From positions 21,136 to 85,135 of the forward strand of contig JAKBHL010000006.1 of NCBI GenBank assembly GCA_021836725.1: a stretch of 64,000 nt of DNA, given 5' to 3'. A program made the translations under genes and the position numbers. Below are positions 52,155 through 61,004 of the stretch, one piece after another (position 1 is the first letter of the stretch; every line of letters begins with the position of its first letter). The notes under the pieces were generated by a model. It was not told the DNA's origin and did not search any database. It was given only the letters and a program-made list of their open reading frames with translations. Origin of the DNA: a bacterium. GTDB lineage: Bacteria > Patescibacteriota > Minisyncoccia > Phycocordibacterales > Phycocordibacteraceae.

Positions 52155-52488
52155 CACGATCGCGCAAAAGCGTCCTCTTCACGCACGCCGCAGCGCTGAC
52201 GCGTTTCGTTTCCGTCTCCCGTTTTCTCCGGTATCGCTCTGTTTTGGGGCGGTTGCGGTCCTTGCCATCACCTATATCGGCCTCATCGCGGTCGTCATGA
52301 GCTATGCGGTACTCACCGTTGAATTTTCTCAATCGGTGAGGAATGACGAAGCAACGGTTGCCACGCTCGAGTCGCAGTATCTTACGGCCGTCGCACAGAT
52401 TACGGATACGAATTACGTTGCGGCAGGTTACGCGAAACCGATCGCGAAAATCTTCGTACCGACGCAGAGTGCGACCGCATTGCGCTAG
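52144..52488 (+). CDS. ftsL: FtsL-like cell-division protein (small bitopic membrane protein)
   Basis: 114 aa with a single TM (SLCFGAVAVLAITYIGLIAVVM). Sits between rsmH and ftsI. Overlaps the rsmH stop by 11 nt. Confidence 0.45.
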   Translation: MPSNTIAQKRPLHARRSADAFRFRLPFSPVSLCFGAVAVLAITYIGLIAVVMSYAVLTVEFSQSVRNDEATVATLESQYLTAVAQITDTNYVAAGYAKPIAKIFVPTQSATALR

Positions 52489-52494
52489 TACTTC

Positions 52495-54252
52495 ATGCGA
52501 GCGCAGTTCCGCATCCGCATCCGTCTCGTCCTTGCTTTCGTCGTCTTCATCGCTTTTCTCATCCTGGCGCGCCTTTATTTCATCCAGATAGTGCAGGGGC
52601 AAGACTATGCGCAAAAGGCGGACCAGCAATTCGCTTCAAACGGCAGCGGGCTTTTCGATAGGGGTTCGATCTATTTCACGCGCAAGGACGGCACGCTCAT
52701 TTCCGCGGCAACGCTCGCGAGCGGTTACCTCGTGGCGATAAATCCGCAAACGCTCGTTGATCCCGAGGCCGCCTATGCCGCGATAACTTCCGTCGCCTCT
52801 TCTTCGCTTTCGCTTACGCATGCGGCGTTTCTTGCCGCCGCCGCAAAGAAGACCCAGGTCTATATCGAAGTCGCGCACCATCTTTCAGATGCGGAGGGGA
52901 CGGCGCTCGCTGCCATGGGAGTCCCCGGCGTGCAAGTGCTGCGCGAGCGCTGGCGGTATTATCCCGGCAATACGCTTGCCGCGCAGACGATCGGCATCGT
53001 TTCGTACGGTTCCGGCGCCACGCTCACCGGCCAAACCGGCCTTGAGGCGACCTATGACAGCACGCTCTCGCGTTCGGGGGATGTATTATATAAAAACTTT
53101 TTTGCCGAACTCTTCTCGAACGTCGGCCGGCTTCTGGTGAATACGCAAGACGCGCACCAGGGCGATATCGTAACGACAATCGAACCGGAGGTGGAGATGC
53201 GGCTCGCCGCCGATCTTGCAAAAGTGAATACGAAGTATTCGAGCATAGGTTCCGGCGGCATCATCATGGATACGAAAACCGGCGCCATACTCGCCCTCGC
53301 AAGCTATCCGACTTTTAACGAGAACGACCTCCAGAACATCAACCCGCAGATTCTGAGCAATCCGTTGGTTGAGCACGTCTTCGAATACGGTTCAATCATG
53401 AAGCCCATAACGATGGCTTCGGCGCTTACCGCCGGCGTCGTAACACCGCAGACGACGTATAACGACACCGGGTGTATTCACGTCGACGGCAATCGCATCT
53501 GCAACTGGAATTATAGATCGCACGGGGCGTACGGCATCATTCCCATGCAAACGATCATCGAACAGTCGCTCAACGTGGGCGCCTCGTGGGTGGCGGAGCA
53601 GCTCGGCCAACAAAAATTCAGGGACTATTTCACGAAAATCTTCGGACAAAAGACCGGTATCGATCTCCCGCATGAGACCGATGCGCTCATCGGGAACCTT
53701 TATAAACCTCAGCAGATCTATTACGATACGGCTGCGTTCGGGGAAGGGATCGCAGTGACGCCGGTACAGATGATCCGTGCCCTCGGCGCGATCGCCAATC
53801 ATGGCGTGATGATGACCCCGCACCTCGTGAGCGCGATACGGCTCAATTCAGGCGTCGTCCAAAAGTTGGACTGGGGCCCGGGTACTCGGGTTTTTTCCGC
53901 CGCAGCCGCGCGCGAGACAACCGTCATGATGGATGCGCTTTGGGACAAGGCGCTCATCGTCAACGGCGTATCGGCGCGGATCCCGACCATGTCCGTTGCG
54001 GCAAAAACCGGTACCGCGCAATTGCCGACGCCGACCGGCGGGTATTACAACGATAAGTTTTTCAACTCCGAAGTCGCCTTTTTCCCGTCGTTTGATCCGC
54101 GCTTCATCATCCTCCTCTATACCGATGACCCCAAGCACGTCATCTACGCGGAGCAATCGCTCTCGACATCGCTGCTTGACCTCGTGCATTTTCTTATAAA
54201 TTATTATAACGTGCCACCTGATCGCGGCTTTGCGACCACGACATCCCCATGA
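52495..54252 (+). CDS. ftsI: peptidoglycan D,D-transpeptidase FtsI (PBP3-type)
   Basis: N-terminal TM, transpeptidase motifs GSIMKP (SxxK), SLN (SxN), KTGTAQ (KTG). Confidence 0.8.
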   Translation: MRAQFRIRIRLVLAFVVFIAFLILARLYFIQIVQGQDYAQKADQQFASNGSGLFDRGSIYFTRKDGTLISAATLASGYLVAINPQTLVDPEAAYAAITSVASSSLSLTHAAFLAAAAKKTQVYIEVAHHLSDAEGTALAAMGVPGVQVLRERWRYYPGNTLAAQTIGIVSYGSGATLTGQTGLEATYDSTLSRSGDVLYKNFFAELFSNVGRLLVNTQDAHQGDIVTTIEPEVEMRLAADLAKVNTKYSSIGSGGIIMDTKTGAILALASYPTFNENDLQNINPQILSNPLVEHVFEYGSIMKPITMASALTAGVVTPQTTYNDTGCIHVDGNRICNWNYRSHGAYGIIPMQTIIEQSLNVGASWVAEQLGQQKFRDYFTKIFGQKTGIDLPHETDALIGNLYKPQQIYYDTAAFGEGIAVTPVQMIRALGAIANHGVMMTPHLVSAIRLNSGVVQKLDWGPGTRVFSAAAARETTVMMDALWDKALIVNGVSARIPTMSVAAKTGTAQLPTPTGGYYNDKFFNSEVAFFPSFDPRFIILLYTDDPKHVIYAEQSLSTSLLDLVHFLINYYNVPPDRGFATTTSP

Positions 54253-55523
54253 AAAATTTCTTCAAATCCATCGTTGCAATCGTGCTCTGGCTCTTCGCAC
54301 GCGCCGTGGTGCGCCGCTACCGGCCGCATATCGTGATGGTTACCGGTTCGGTGGGGAAGACGTCGACCAAAGACGCCGTTGCGGCGGTTCTGTCCGCGCG
54401 CTTTTTTGTTCGCAAAAGCGAAAAGAGTTTCAATAGCGAATTCGGCGTCCCGTTCACCATCCTCGGGGTGGGGAATCCATGGGGTAACCCGTTCGCGTGG
54501 ATAGCGCTCGTAAAGAGCGCTATCGCGCTTCTCATTTTGCCGAATCATTACCCGAACATGCTCGTGCTTGAAACGGGCGCGGATCGCTCCGGCGATCTCG
54601 CCCGGATATTGCGCATCGCAACGCCGGACACGGTCGTCGTAACGCGTTTGCCCGAGATACCGGTGCACGTCGAGGCGTATGCTTCGCCCGAAGCCGTGCG
54701 GGAAGAGGAGTTTTCTCCCGCATACGCGCTTCCTCCCGCGGCACCGCTTATCATTCCGGCCGATGATCCCTATGCGTCCGACATGGCGATGCGCACCCAG
54801 GCGCGCGTCATCTCCTACGGCGTCGCGGATAGTGCCACCGTGCGCATCAGCAACGCCGATTTCTACGACCATGAAGGAAACGTCGCCGGCATGAGCGCGG
54901 ACGTCGTCGCAGGGGATGAGCACGGCAGCCTTCGCGTACGCGGTTCGGTCGGGAAAACGCAGCTGCTTCCGGCCGCCGCCGCGCTCGCGGTTGCGCGCGC
55001 ATTCCTCATACCGCTTTCGGAGGCATTGGGCGCGCTCGAAAGTTACGAACCCCCGCCGGGCCGCGGCCGGCTTCTTGCGGGGAAGAACGATTCGATCATC
55101 ATCGATGATTCCTATAACGCATCGCCGGCGGCGGTTGAGGAAGCGCTCGCCACCCTGAAGGCGTTTCCGCGCGCTCGCCGGCGCATCGCCGTGCTCGGCG
55201 ACATGCTTGAGCTCGGGCGCTATTCGGTGATGGAACACGAACACATCGGCGCGGTGGCCGGTGCCGCGGCCGACATGATCATCGCGGTCGGTATCCGTGC
55301 GCGCGCATTCGCCCACGCTTCCGGAGACTCGAAAGTGTTATCGTTCGATAATTCCCGCGCCGCCTCGCTCGCCCTTGCTGATATCGTTCGTGCCGGCGAT
55401 GTTGTTCTCGTGAAAGGTTCCCAATCTATCCGCACCGAACGCATCGTGGAGGCGCTTCTCGCAAATTCCGCCGATGCTTCGCGCCTCGTCCGTCAGGAGA
55501 AAAAATGGAAGCAAAAAGCGTGA
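54249..55523 (+). CDS. murF: Mur ligase, MurF-like (UDP-MurNAc-pentapeptide synthetase)
   Basis: VTGSVGKTSTK P-loop and IIDDSYNASP. Overlaps the ftsI stop by 4 nt. MurE versus MurF cannot be fully resolved from motifs. Confidence 0.7.
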   Translation: MKNFFKSIVAIVLWLFARAVVRRYRPHIVMVTGSVGKTSTKDAVAAVLSARFFVRKSEKSFNSEFGVPFTILGVGNPWGNPFAWIALVKSAIALLILPNHYPNMLVLETGADRSGDLARILRIATPDTVVVTRLPEIPVHVEAYASPEAVREEEFSPAYALPPAAPLIIPADDPYASDMAMRTQARVISYGVADSATVRISNADFYDHEGNVAGMSADVVAGDEHGSLRVRGSVGKTQLLPAAAALAVARAFLIPLSEALGALESYEPPPGRGRLLAGKNDSIIIDDSYNASPAAVEEALATLKAFPRARRRIAVLGDMLELGRYSVMEHEHIGAVAGAAADMIIAVGIRARAFAHASGDSKVLSFDNSRAASLALADIVRAGDVVLVKGSQSIRTERIVEALLANSADASRLVRQEKKWKQKA

Positions 55524-55553
55524 CCAGTTTGCGCCCGTATTTTTACGTGAAGC

Positions 55554-56102
55554 TCAGTTGGGCACCGTGCACGTCCCGCCAAAAGAGATAGCAAAAGCAT
55601 AGTCATCACCAAGCCCGTTATAGATGGTGTCGGGCGACGAGATTCCAGATCCGGCACCGCTATTGATATTGCCGTCAAGGATACCATCCGGTCCAGCGGA
55701 GTACACCATGTCATAGCGGCACGGTTCGGCTGGAATCTCACCTTCATTTTCATCCAGGGTGTAGGGATTGCCCCACGGGTCAACCGGCGGCGTTTTAAAC
55801 CCAATTTTCGCCCAGCTGGAAGCATTTGTTGCCAATGCCGCCGTTTGCGATTTCATCGTTTGGGTCGTATTAAAAGCGCAATCGGTACACCAATTGCCAG
55901 TAAGAGTCCCGAGCGTGGTGACTCGAGTCATATCTATCTGTATTTCTATGCTATGTGCGTCCGCCTGCAATTTAGCAATCTGTCCTTTTTGTCGAGCGGT
56001 GTTCAATGCAGCAAGCACTACCGAAGATAGCAGGCCGATGATGGCGATGACAACGAGGAGCTCGATGAGAGTAAATCCTTTCGTAATCGAAAAACGCGTC
56101 AT
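55554..56102 (-). CDS. type IV pilin / pseudopilin with prepilin N-methylation motif
   Basis: MTRFSITKGFTLIELLVVIAIIGLLSSVVLAAL carries a class III signal (G/FTLIE). Confidence 0.75.
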   Translation of the reverse strand: MTRFSITKGFTLIELLVVIAIIGLLSSVVLAALNTARQKGQIAKLQADAHSIEIQIDMTRVTTLGTLTGNWCTDCAFNTTQTMKSQTAALATNASSWAKIGFKTPPVDPWGNPYTLDENEGEIPAEPCRYDMVYSAGPDGILDGNINSGAGSGISSPDTIYNGLGDDYAFAISFGGTCTVPN

Positions 56103-56109
56103 AAGAACG

Positions 56110-56364
56110 TTAGTTCTGAGAACCGGGCAATGTTAATTTTTGAGGCACATTTTTCGGTATATGTATCTGTGAGCCGCTCATAAACAGAGGGAGTATGAAA
56201 GCAAGAATTACCATGAACGCCGCACTGCCCAACAAAACATACTCCGCTTGTTTCTTGGTAGAAACCACGCCGGTGGCTAACACGAGCCGGATAAAAGGCG
56301 AGGCATCCGCAGGATGCTCGCGCTGCGGGTATTGAGGCTCTTCGTCAAATTGAATGCCTGCCAT
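56110..56364 (-). CDS. small membrane protein, hypothetical
   Basis: 84 aa with one hydrophobic helix, directly downstream of the pilin gene. Confidence 0.35.
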   Translation of the reverse strand: MAGIQFDEEPQYPQREHPADASPFIRLVLATGVVSTKKQAEYVLLGSAAFMVILAFILPLFMSGSQIHIPKNVPQKLTLPGSQN

Positions 56365-56480
56365 AGCAATATAGTAGGATCATACTCGAGCATATTCTAA
56401 CATCCGTTCCGCCCATTGTGCGTAACGCATTAACTCCCCGCATTGCTTTCGGAAGCGTTAAGAATAAGCATTCCTATTAC

Positions 56481-56555
56481 TGGTGACCCTACAGAGAATC
56501 GAACTCTGATTTGATCCTTGAGAAGGATCCGTCCTAGCCGTTAGACGATAGGGCC
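56481..56555 (-). tRNA. tRNA-Glu (anticodon CTC), CCA encoded
   Basis: Minus-strand GGCCCTA-TC-GTCT-AACGGCTA-GGAC-G-GATCC-TTCTCAA-GGATC-AAAT-CAGAG-TTCGATT-CTCTG-TAGGGTC-A-CCA. The D-arm TCGTCTAACGGCTAGGAC resembles other tRNA-Glu sequences. Confidence 0.8.
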
Positions 56556-56656
56556 GCAGGCGCACATGTATCACCGAGTGCACCGGTGTGCGTTTTATAA
56601 CAGAAAAAGACGGAGGAGGGAAGCATGAAATGCGCGAGCGGCTGACCGCTCGCGCA

Positions 56657-56947
56657 TCACTGCAGCGACTTCGGGTCGGGCGGGAGAATGTCTCCTTCTT
56701 CCGATTCGCTATACAGGGTTTCGGCGGTCTCCACGGCGGCTTTCTTCGCGTCCTCCGCGAGCATCTCCGCCCGCAACGCGTCCTCTTGCTGCTGCTGGTT
56801 TCGTTTCAGGCGGTTTGATTCCGCCGCCGCCGCGCCGCCCTTACGGGACATGTTCCGGTGCCGCCGTATGGCGTCGGGGTTGTCTCTCGCGGTTTCCTGT
56901 ATAAGCCTCTGAACCGCCGCCGGCCTTCTTTCTGCTGGATTTTTCAT
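56657..56947 (-). CDS. small basic hypothetical protein
   Basis: 96 aa. GAGGAA RBS before the ATG. Lys/Arg/Gln/Ala-rich. Confidence 0.4.
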   Translation of the reverse strand: MKNPAERRPAAVQRLIQETARDNPDAIRRHRNMSRKGGAAAAESNRLKRNQQQQEDALRAEMLAEDAKKAAVETAETLYSESEEGDILPPDPKSLQ

Positions 56948-56993
56948 ACGGGTTCCTCGCGCTTACGTCCGTCTCAATTACACACCCATCCCG

Positions 56994-57449
56994 CTAAGAA
57001 AGCAAACTGTCCACGACCGCTTTCACTTCGCTACCTTCGGCTTTGCCTTTGAGCTCTTTCATGAGGCCGCCGATGAAGGCGCCCGCCTCGGCTTTCGACG
57101 TGGCGCCGCGTTCCGCCATCTTTGCCTGCACGAATGCCATAATCTCTTCGCGGCTCATCTGGGCGGGAAGATAGGTTTCAAGCAGGGCGAGCTCGGCTTT
57201 TTCCGGTCCGGCAAGGTCGACGCGCCCCGCCTTTTCGAACTGCTCGATAGAGTCCTTGCGCTGGTTTGTCGCGCGCTTGATGACGATGATCGCTTCTTCA
57301 TCGGTCAGGAACTCTTCGGGTTTGCGTTTTTTAGCGACCACTTCATTGGTCATTGCGGTGACGAGCGAACGCAGCGTCCGGAGGCGCACCTCGTCCCGGG
57401 CGCGAAGCGCCTCGGGAATCGAACGTTTCAGATTTTCGTGGATAGTCAT
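56994..57449 (-). CDS. GatB/YqeY-domain protein
   Basis: MTIHENLKRSIPEALRARDEVRLRTLRSLVTAMTNEVVAKKRK...AVVDSLLS matches YqeY family length and pattern. Confidence 0.8.
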   Translation of the reverse strand: MTIHENLKRSIPEALRARDEVRLRTLRSLVTAMTNEVVAKKRKPEEFLTDEEAIIVIKRATNQRKDSIEQFEKAGRVDLAGPEKAELALLETYLPAQMSREEIMAFVQAKMAERGATSKAEAGAFIGGLMKELKGKAEGSEVKAVVDSLLS

Positions 57450-57470
57450 ACGACAGAGTATACTATACGC

Positions 57471-58529
57471 ATGAATCCGCTCGAGATAGCCCTCGTCATC
57501 CTCGCCCTGCTGTTTCTGCAGGGTGTCGGCCTGTATGTGATACTGCGCCGCCGCGAGCTCCCGCAGGACGCGGGCGGCATGGTGCTTCTCCAGCAGCAGA
57601 TGCAGGAGCTCGCGCGCACGCTTGATGCGCGCGTTTCGGAATCCTCACGAGCGATGCAGGAGAATTCCCACCGCCAATTTTCCGAGTCCGCGCGGCTCAT
57701 TAAAGAAATCACCCAGGAAGTAACTTCAGTGAAAGAAATCGGCCGGCAGACGCAGGGATTCGCCGAGCAGCTGCAGAATCTCCAGGACATTCTAAAGAAT
57801 CCGAAACAGCGCGGCATCCTCGGCGAGTACTATCTCGAAACCGTACTGAAGAATGTCTTGCCGCCCGGCATGTACCGGATGCAATACCCGTTCAAAAATG
57901 GCGAGGTCGTCGATGCGGCGGTTTTCGTGAGCGATAAGATTGTCCCTATCGACTCCAAGTTCTCACTCGATAACTACAATCGCATGGTGCATGCGTCCGA
58001 AGCCGAACGCTCCGTTCTCGAAAAAGCGTTCATAAACGACCTCAAGCTGCGCATCCAGGAAACCGCGAAATACATCCGTCCCGAAGAGGGGACTATGGAC
58101 TTCGCTTTCATGTTCATTCCTTCTGAAGGCATTTATTACGATCTTCTGACCAATCAGGTCGGGGGCGCGCAGGGATCGGACGGCGAGGAGAATCTTATTC
58201 AACGAGCAGCGAGCAAGCACAAAGTCATCATCGTCTCGCCCACGTCGTTTCTCGCGTATCTCCAGACGGTCATGCAGGGCTTGAAGGCGCTCCAGATAGA
58301 ACAAAAAGCGGTCGAGATCGGGCAGCGGGTCGGAGAATTGGGGAAGCATATAGGCGCGTATGAGGAACTCTATCGCAAACTCGGCGTTTCGCTCACGACT
58401 TCCATAAACCACTACAATAACGGCTACAAAGAGCTCGGAAAGATAGACAAAGACGTCTACCGTATCACGGAAACAAAAACAGGCATCGAACCGGAGCTTC
58501 TCGAAAAGCCGCTCGCAGGTATTGACTAA
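57471..58529 (+). CDS. rmuC: DNA recombination protein RmuC
   Basis: N-terminal TM, long coiled coil, C-terminal VDAAVFVSDKIVPIDSKFSLDNY...FMFIPSEGIYYDL RmuC nuclease-like region. TATACT box upstream. Confidence 0.75.
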   Translation: MNPLEIALVILALLFLQGVGLYVILRRRELPQDAGGMVLLQQQMQELARTLDARVSESSRAMQENSHRQFSESARLIKEITQEVTSVKEIGRQTQGFAEQLQNLQDILKNPKQRGILGEYYLETVLKNVLPPGMYRMQYPFKNGEVVDAAVFVSDKIVPIDSKFSLDNYNRMVHASEAERSVLEKAFINDLKLRIQETAKYIRPEEGTMDFAFMFIPSEGIYYDLLTNQVGGAQGSDGEENLIQRAASKHKVIIVSPTSFLAYLQTVMQGLKALQIEQKAVEIGQRVGELGKHIGAYEELYRKLGVSLTTSINHYNNGYKELGKIDKDVYRITETKTGIEPELLEKPLAGID

Positions 58530-58568
58530 AATAGCTTATCATGCTATAAGAGACGAGGAAGGGATCTC

Positions 58569-59030
58569 GTGGTGAGATCCTTGTCAATCGCGGGAGAAAG
58601 TGAAATGAATCTGAGTTTCCACAACCTCATTGCCCTTGTTGGGCTTCCAATCCTCGGATTGGTTTGCTTGTGGGTATCCGCTTCGAAGGATCGCGACAAA
58701 GAGGAGAGGGTAGCGAGTCTCGTCATCGCCCTGTTTTGCTTCGGAGCATTCGCGTTCACTTGCGTATATGCAGGGAACGGGTACCTCCAGGATAGAACCG
58801 AGACCCTTTCAGGCCTGCTCTCAAACGGGCACGCCTACGAGCTCGTCACGGTCCGCCAGGATGGAAAAGACAAAGTGCTGACCATCATGGGTAAAAAGGA
58901 AAACGCCAACGGCACGCACAACTTCTACATCCTGCGCGTACGGGGGCCGGTACCGCCGAAGTATTTCCAGATGGACCGCGGGGAACCGGTAGCCTATCTG
59001 CCTGGTGCCCAATCGCAATGGCCGCAGTGA
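58569..59030 (+). CDS. membrane protein, hypothetical
   Basis: Two TM helices then a soluble domain. A terminator follows. Confidence 0.4.
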   Translation: MVRSLSIAGESEMNLSFHNLIALVGLPILGLVCLWVSASKDRDKEERVASLVIALFCFGAFAFTCVYAGNGYLQDRTETLSGLLSNGHAYELVTVRQDGKDKVLTIMGKKENANGTHNFYILRVRGPVPPKYFQMDRGEPVAYLPGAQSQWPQ

Positions 59031-59045
59031 ATCGTAATGTACTTT

Positions 59046-59080
59046 CAGGCCGCGCTCTTACAGCGCGGCCTTGTCTTTTG
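59046..59080 (+). terminator. rho-independent terminator
   Basis: GGCCGCGCT-CTTACA-GCGCGGCC then TTGTCTTTTG. Confidence 0.6.
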
Positions 59081-59108
59081 CGGCCGTAAATGCTAAAGTG
59101 GGAAGACT

Positions 59109-59426
59109 ATGGAAGTGGCCGTAATCAAGACCGGCGGGAAGCAATATGTCGTCTCAAAAGGCGACACTATTTCGATAGAAAAGCTCCCGGGCGATTTGAA
59201 AAAAGGCGATACGGTTGTCTTCGGCGAGGTGCTCCTCGTTGACAACGGCTCGGACACGACCATCGGTGCGCCCTTTATCACGGGTGCAGAGGTCAAGGGC
59301 ACCGTTGTTCTCGCCGGGAAGGCGAAGAAAGTCGAGGTAGTGAAGTACAAGCCGAAGAGCCGCTACTACAAACGCCGCGGACATCGTCAGCCGCTTCTCA
59401 AAGTGAAAATCGACTCGATTTCTTAG
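59109..59426 (+). CDS. rplU: 50S ribosomal protein L21
   Basis: MEVAVIKTGGKQYVVSKGDTISIEKL...KPKSRYYKRRGHRQPLLKVKI is the canonical L21. Confidence 0.9.
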   Translation: MEVAVIKTGGKQYVVSKGDTISIEKLPGDLKKGDTVVFGEVLLVDNGSDTTIGAPFITGAEVKGTVVLAGKAKKVEVVKYKPKSRYYKRRGHRQPLLKVKIDSIS

Positions 59427-59464
59427 GCCGCTCAATTCCCCGGAGCGAGCTTCTTCGAGAGCTT

Positions 59465-60823
59465 TTGCTCTCTTTGTCTTATTTATTTGTCCTAGCAAAT
59501 TACTCTATGCAAGTAGGGCGTTGGAATCATCAATCGACAGGCGGGCATGCGCCAAGCGGCGGACGTGCGTATTCGCCGCGCCCTTCAAGGCAGGGCGGGC
59601 CGAGCGGACCGCGCCGTTTCGATACTCACGGCGGTTTCGGCCGCGGCGGCTACGGCAATCGCGGTCGTGCTCCCGTGCGGCGCAAGAAGGGCTTCGGCTC
59701 TTTCGGCGAAACGGAGTCTGAGATCTCGAAGTTCATGAATAAAACGGTCGTCACGACCGAGGAGCCGGTATTCGTCCCCGAACACACATTCTCGGATTTC
59801 GCGGTGCATGAAAAATTGCAGAAGAACATAGCCGCAAAGGGCTACGATCTCCCGACGCCCATCCAAGATAAAGCAATTCCGCATGCACTTTTGGGTCAGG
59901 ATGTCGTCGGCCTTGCCGAAACCGGAACCGGAAAGACGGCGGCTTTCCTCATCCCGCTTATCGATAAGGTTATGAAGCAAAAAGGTGAGCGCGTTCTCGT
60001 CATGGCGCCTACCCGCGAGCTTGCGGTGCAGATTGAAAAAGAGCTCGCCGGTTTCGCGAAAGGTCTCGGGTTTCGCGGCATGGTCGCGGTCGGCGGCGCG
60101 AATATCGGGCCTCAGATTTCGATGCTCCGATATGATCCGGCATTCGTCATCGGTACTCCCGGGCGCCTGAAGGACCTCATGGAACGCCGCGCGCTCGATC
60201 TTTCCGGTTTCGGCACGGTCGTACTCGACGAGGCGGATCGCATGCTTGATATGGGTTTCATCGACGATATGCGCGCCATCCTCGGGATGATGCGTAAAGA
60301 ACGCCACACGCTCTTTTTCTCCGCAACGATGTCGAAAGATATCGAACGGCTTATCGGCGATTTCCTTTCAAGTCCGGTCATCATCTCGGTGAAAAGGCGC
60401 GACACTCCTTCAAGCGTCGACCAAGATGTCGTCCGCATCCCGCGCGGAAAAGACAAGTTCGACGTACTTGTCGAGCTTCTTAAAAATCCCGACTTCAGCC
60501 GCGTGCTCGTCTTCGGCCGCACCAAGTTCGGCGTGGAGAAGCTCGCCAAGGCGCTCTCGCGCCTCCACATCCATGCGGAGAGCATCCACGGCAACAAGAC
60601 GCAGGGCGCGCGCCAGAGAGCGCTCGACGCTTTCAAGGCGGGGAAGGTGAGCGTGCTTGTCGCGACCGACGTCGCGGCGCGCGGTATCGATATCCCCGCC
60701 GTCTCGCACGTCATCAACTACGACCTTCCCTCGACCTACGAGGATTACGTGCACCGCATCGGCCGCACCGGCCGCGCCGACAAGAAAGGGAAAGCACTAA
60801 CCTTTGTCCAGGAGCGCTACTAG
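59465..60823 (+). CDS. DEAD-box ATP-dependent RNA helicase with an Arg/Gly-rich N-terminal extension (start uncertain: 59465, 59507 or 59736)
   Basis: Q motif (F...GY..PTPIQ), AETGTGKT, VLDEADRMLDMGF (DEAD), SAT, HRIGRTGRA. Upstream in-frame GGFGRGGYGNRGR tract. Confidence 0.8.
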   Translation: MLSLSYLFVLANYSMQVGRWNHQSTGGHAPSGGRAYSPRPSRQGGPSGPRRFDTHGGFGRGGYGNRGRAPVRRKKGFGSFGETESEISKFMNKTVVTTEEPVFVPEHTFSDFAVHEKLQKNIAAKGYDLPTPIQDKAIPHALLGQDVVGLAETGTGKTAAFLIPLIDKVMKQKGERVLVMAPTRELAVQIEKELAGFAKGLGFRGMVAVGGANIGPQISMLRYDPAFVIGTPGRLKDLMERRALDLSGFGTVVLDEADRMLDMGFIDDMRAILGMMRKERHTLFFSATMSKDIERLIGDFLSSPVIISVKRRDTPSSVDQDVVRIPRGKDKFDVLVELLKNPDFSRVLVFGRTKFGVEKLAKALSRLHIHAESIHGNKTQGARQRALDAFKAGKVSVLVATDVAARGIDIPAVSHVINYDLPSTYEDYVHRIGRTGRADKKGKALTFVQERY

Positions 60824-61000
60824 CTCATTTCAAACTCCCGCTCGGGTATGCGGCAGAGCGGAGAGCGGCAAGCAGTTTTGGAGCGTCCGGAGCACGACGG
60901 TGCGAGGCAGAGCAAATTTTCAGCAGAAAATTATGCGGCTCCAAAACTGCTTGCCGCTCGAAGCCCTGACGTTACCCGTGCATAAGGAGTACGCCGCGCG
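60824..61000. repeat. palindromic repeat element, copy 6 (composite: family left arm, then an unrelated perfect 22-bp inverted repeat, family right arm truncated by the recR 3' end)
   Basis: CTCATTTCAAACTCCCGCTCGGGTATGCGGCAG then GAGCGGCAAGCAGTTTTGGAGC(60862-60883)...GCTCCAAAACTGCTTGCCGCTC(60938-60959) then ...AAGGAGTACGCCG. Confidence 0.7.
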
Positions 61001-61004
61001 GCGG

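Noticed and set aside
59427-59740. Expected rpmA (ribosomal protein L27) directly downstream of rplU
   Set aside because: No frame in this interval resembles L27 (AHKKGGGSTRNGRDS...). The interval is instead in frame with the DEAD-box helicase. rpmA must lie elsewhere.
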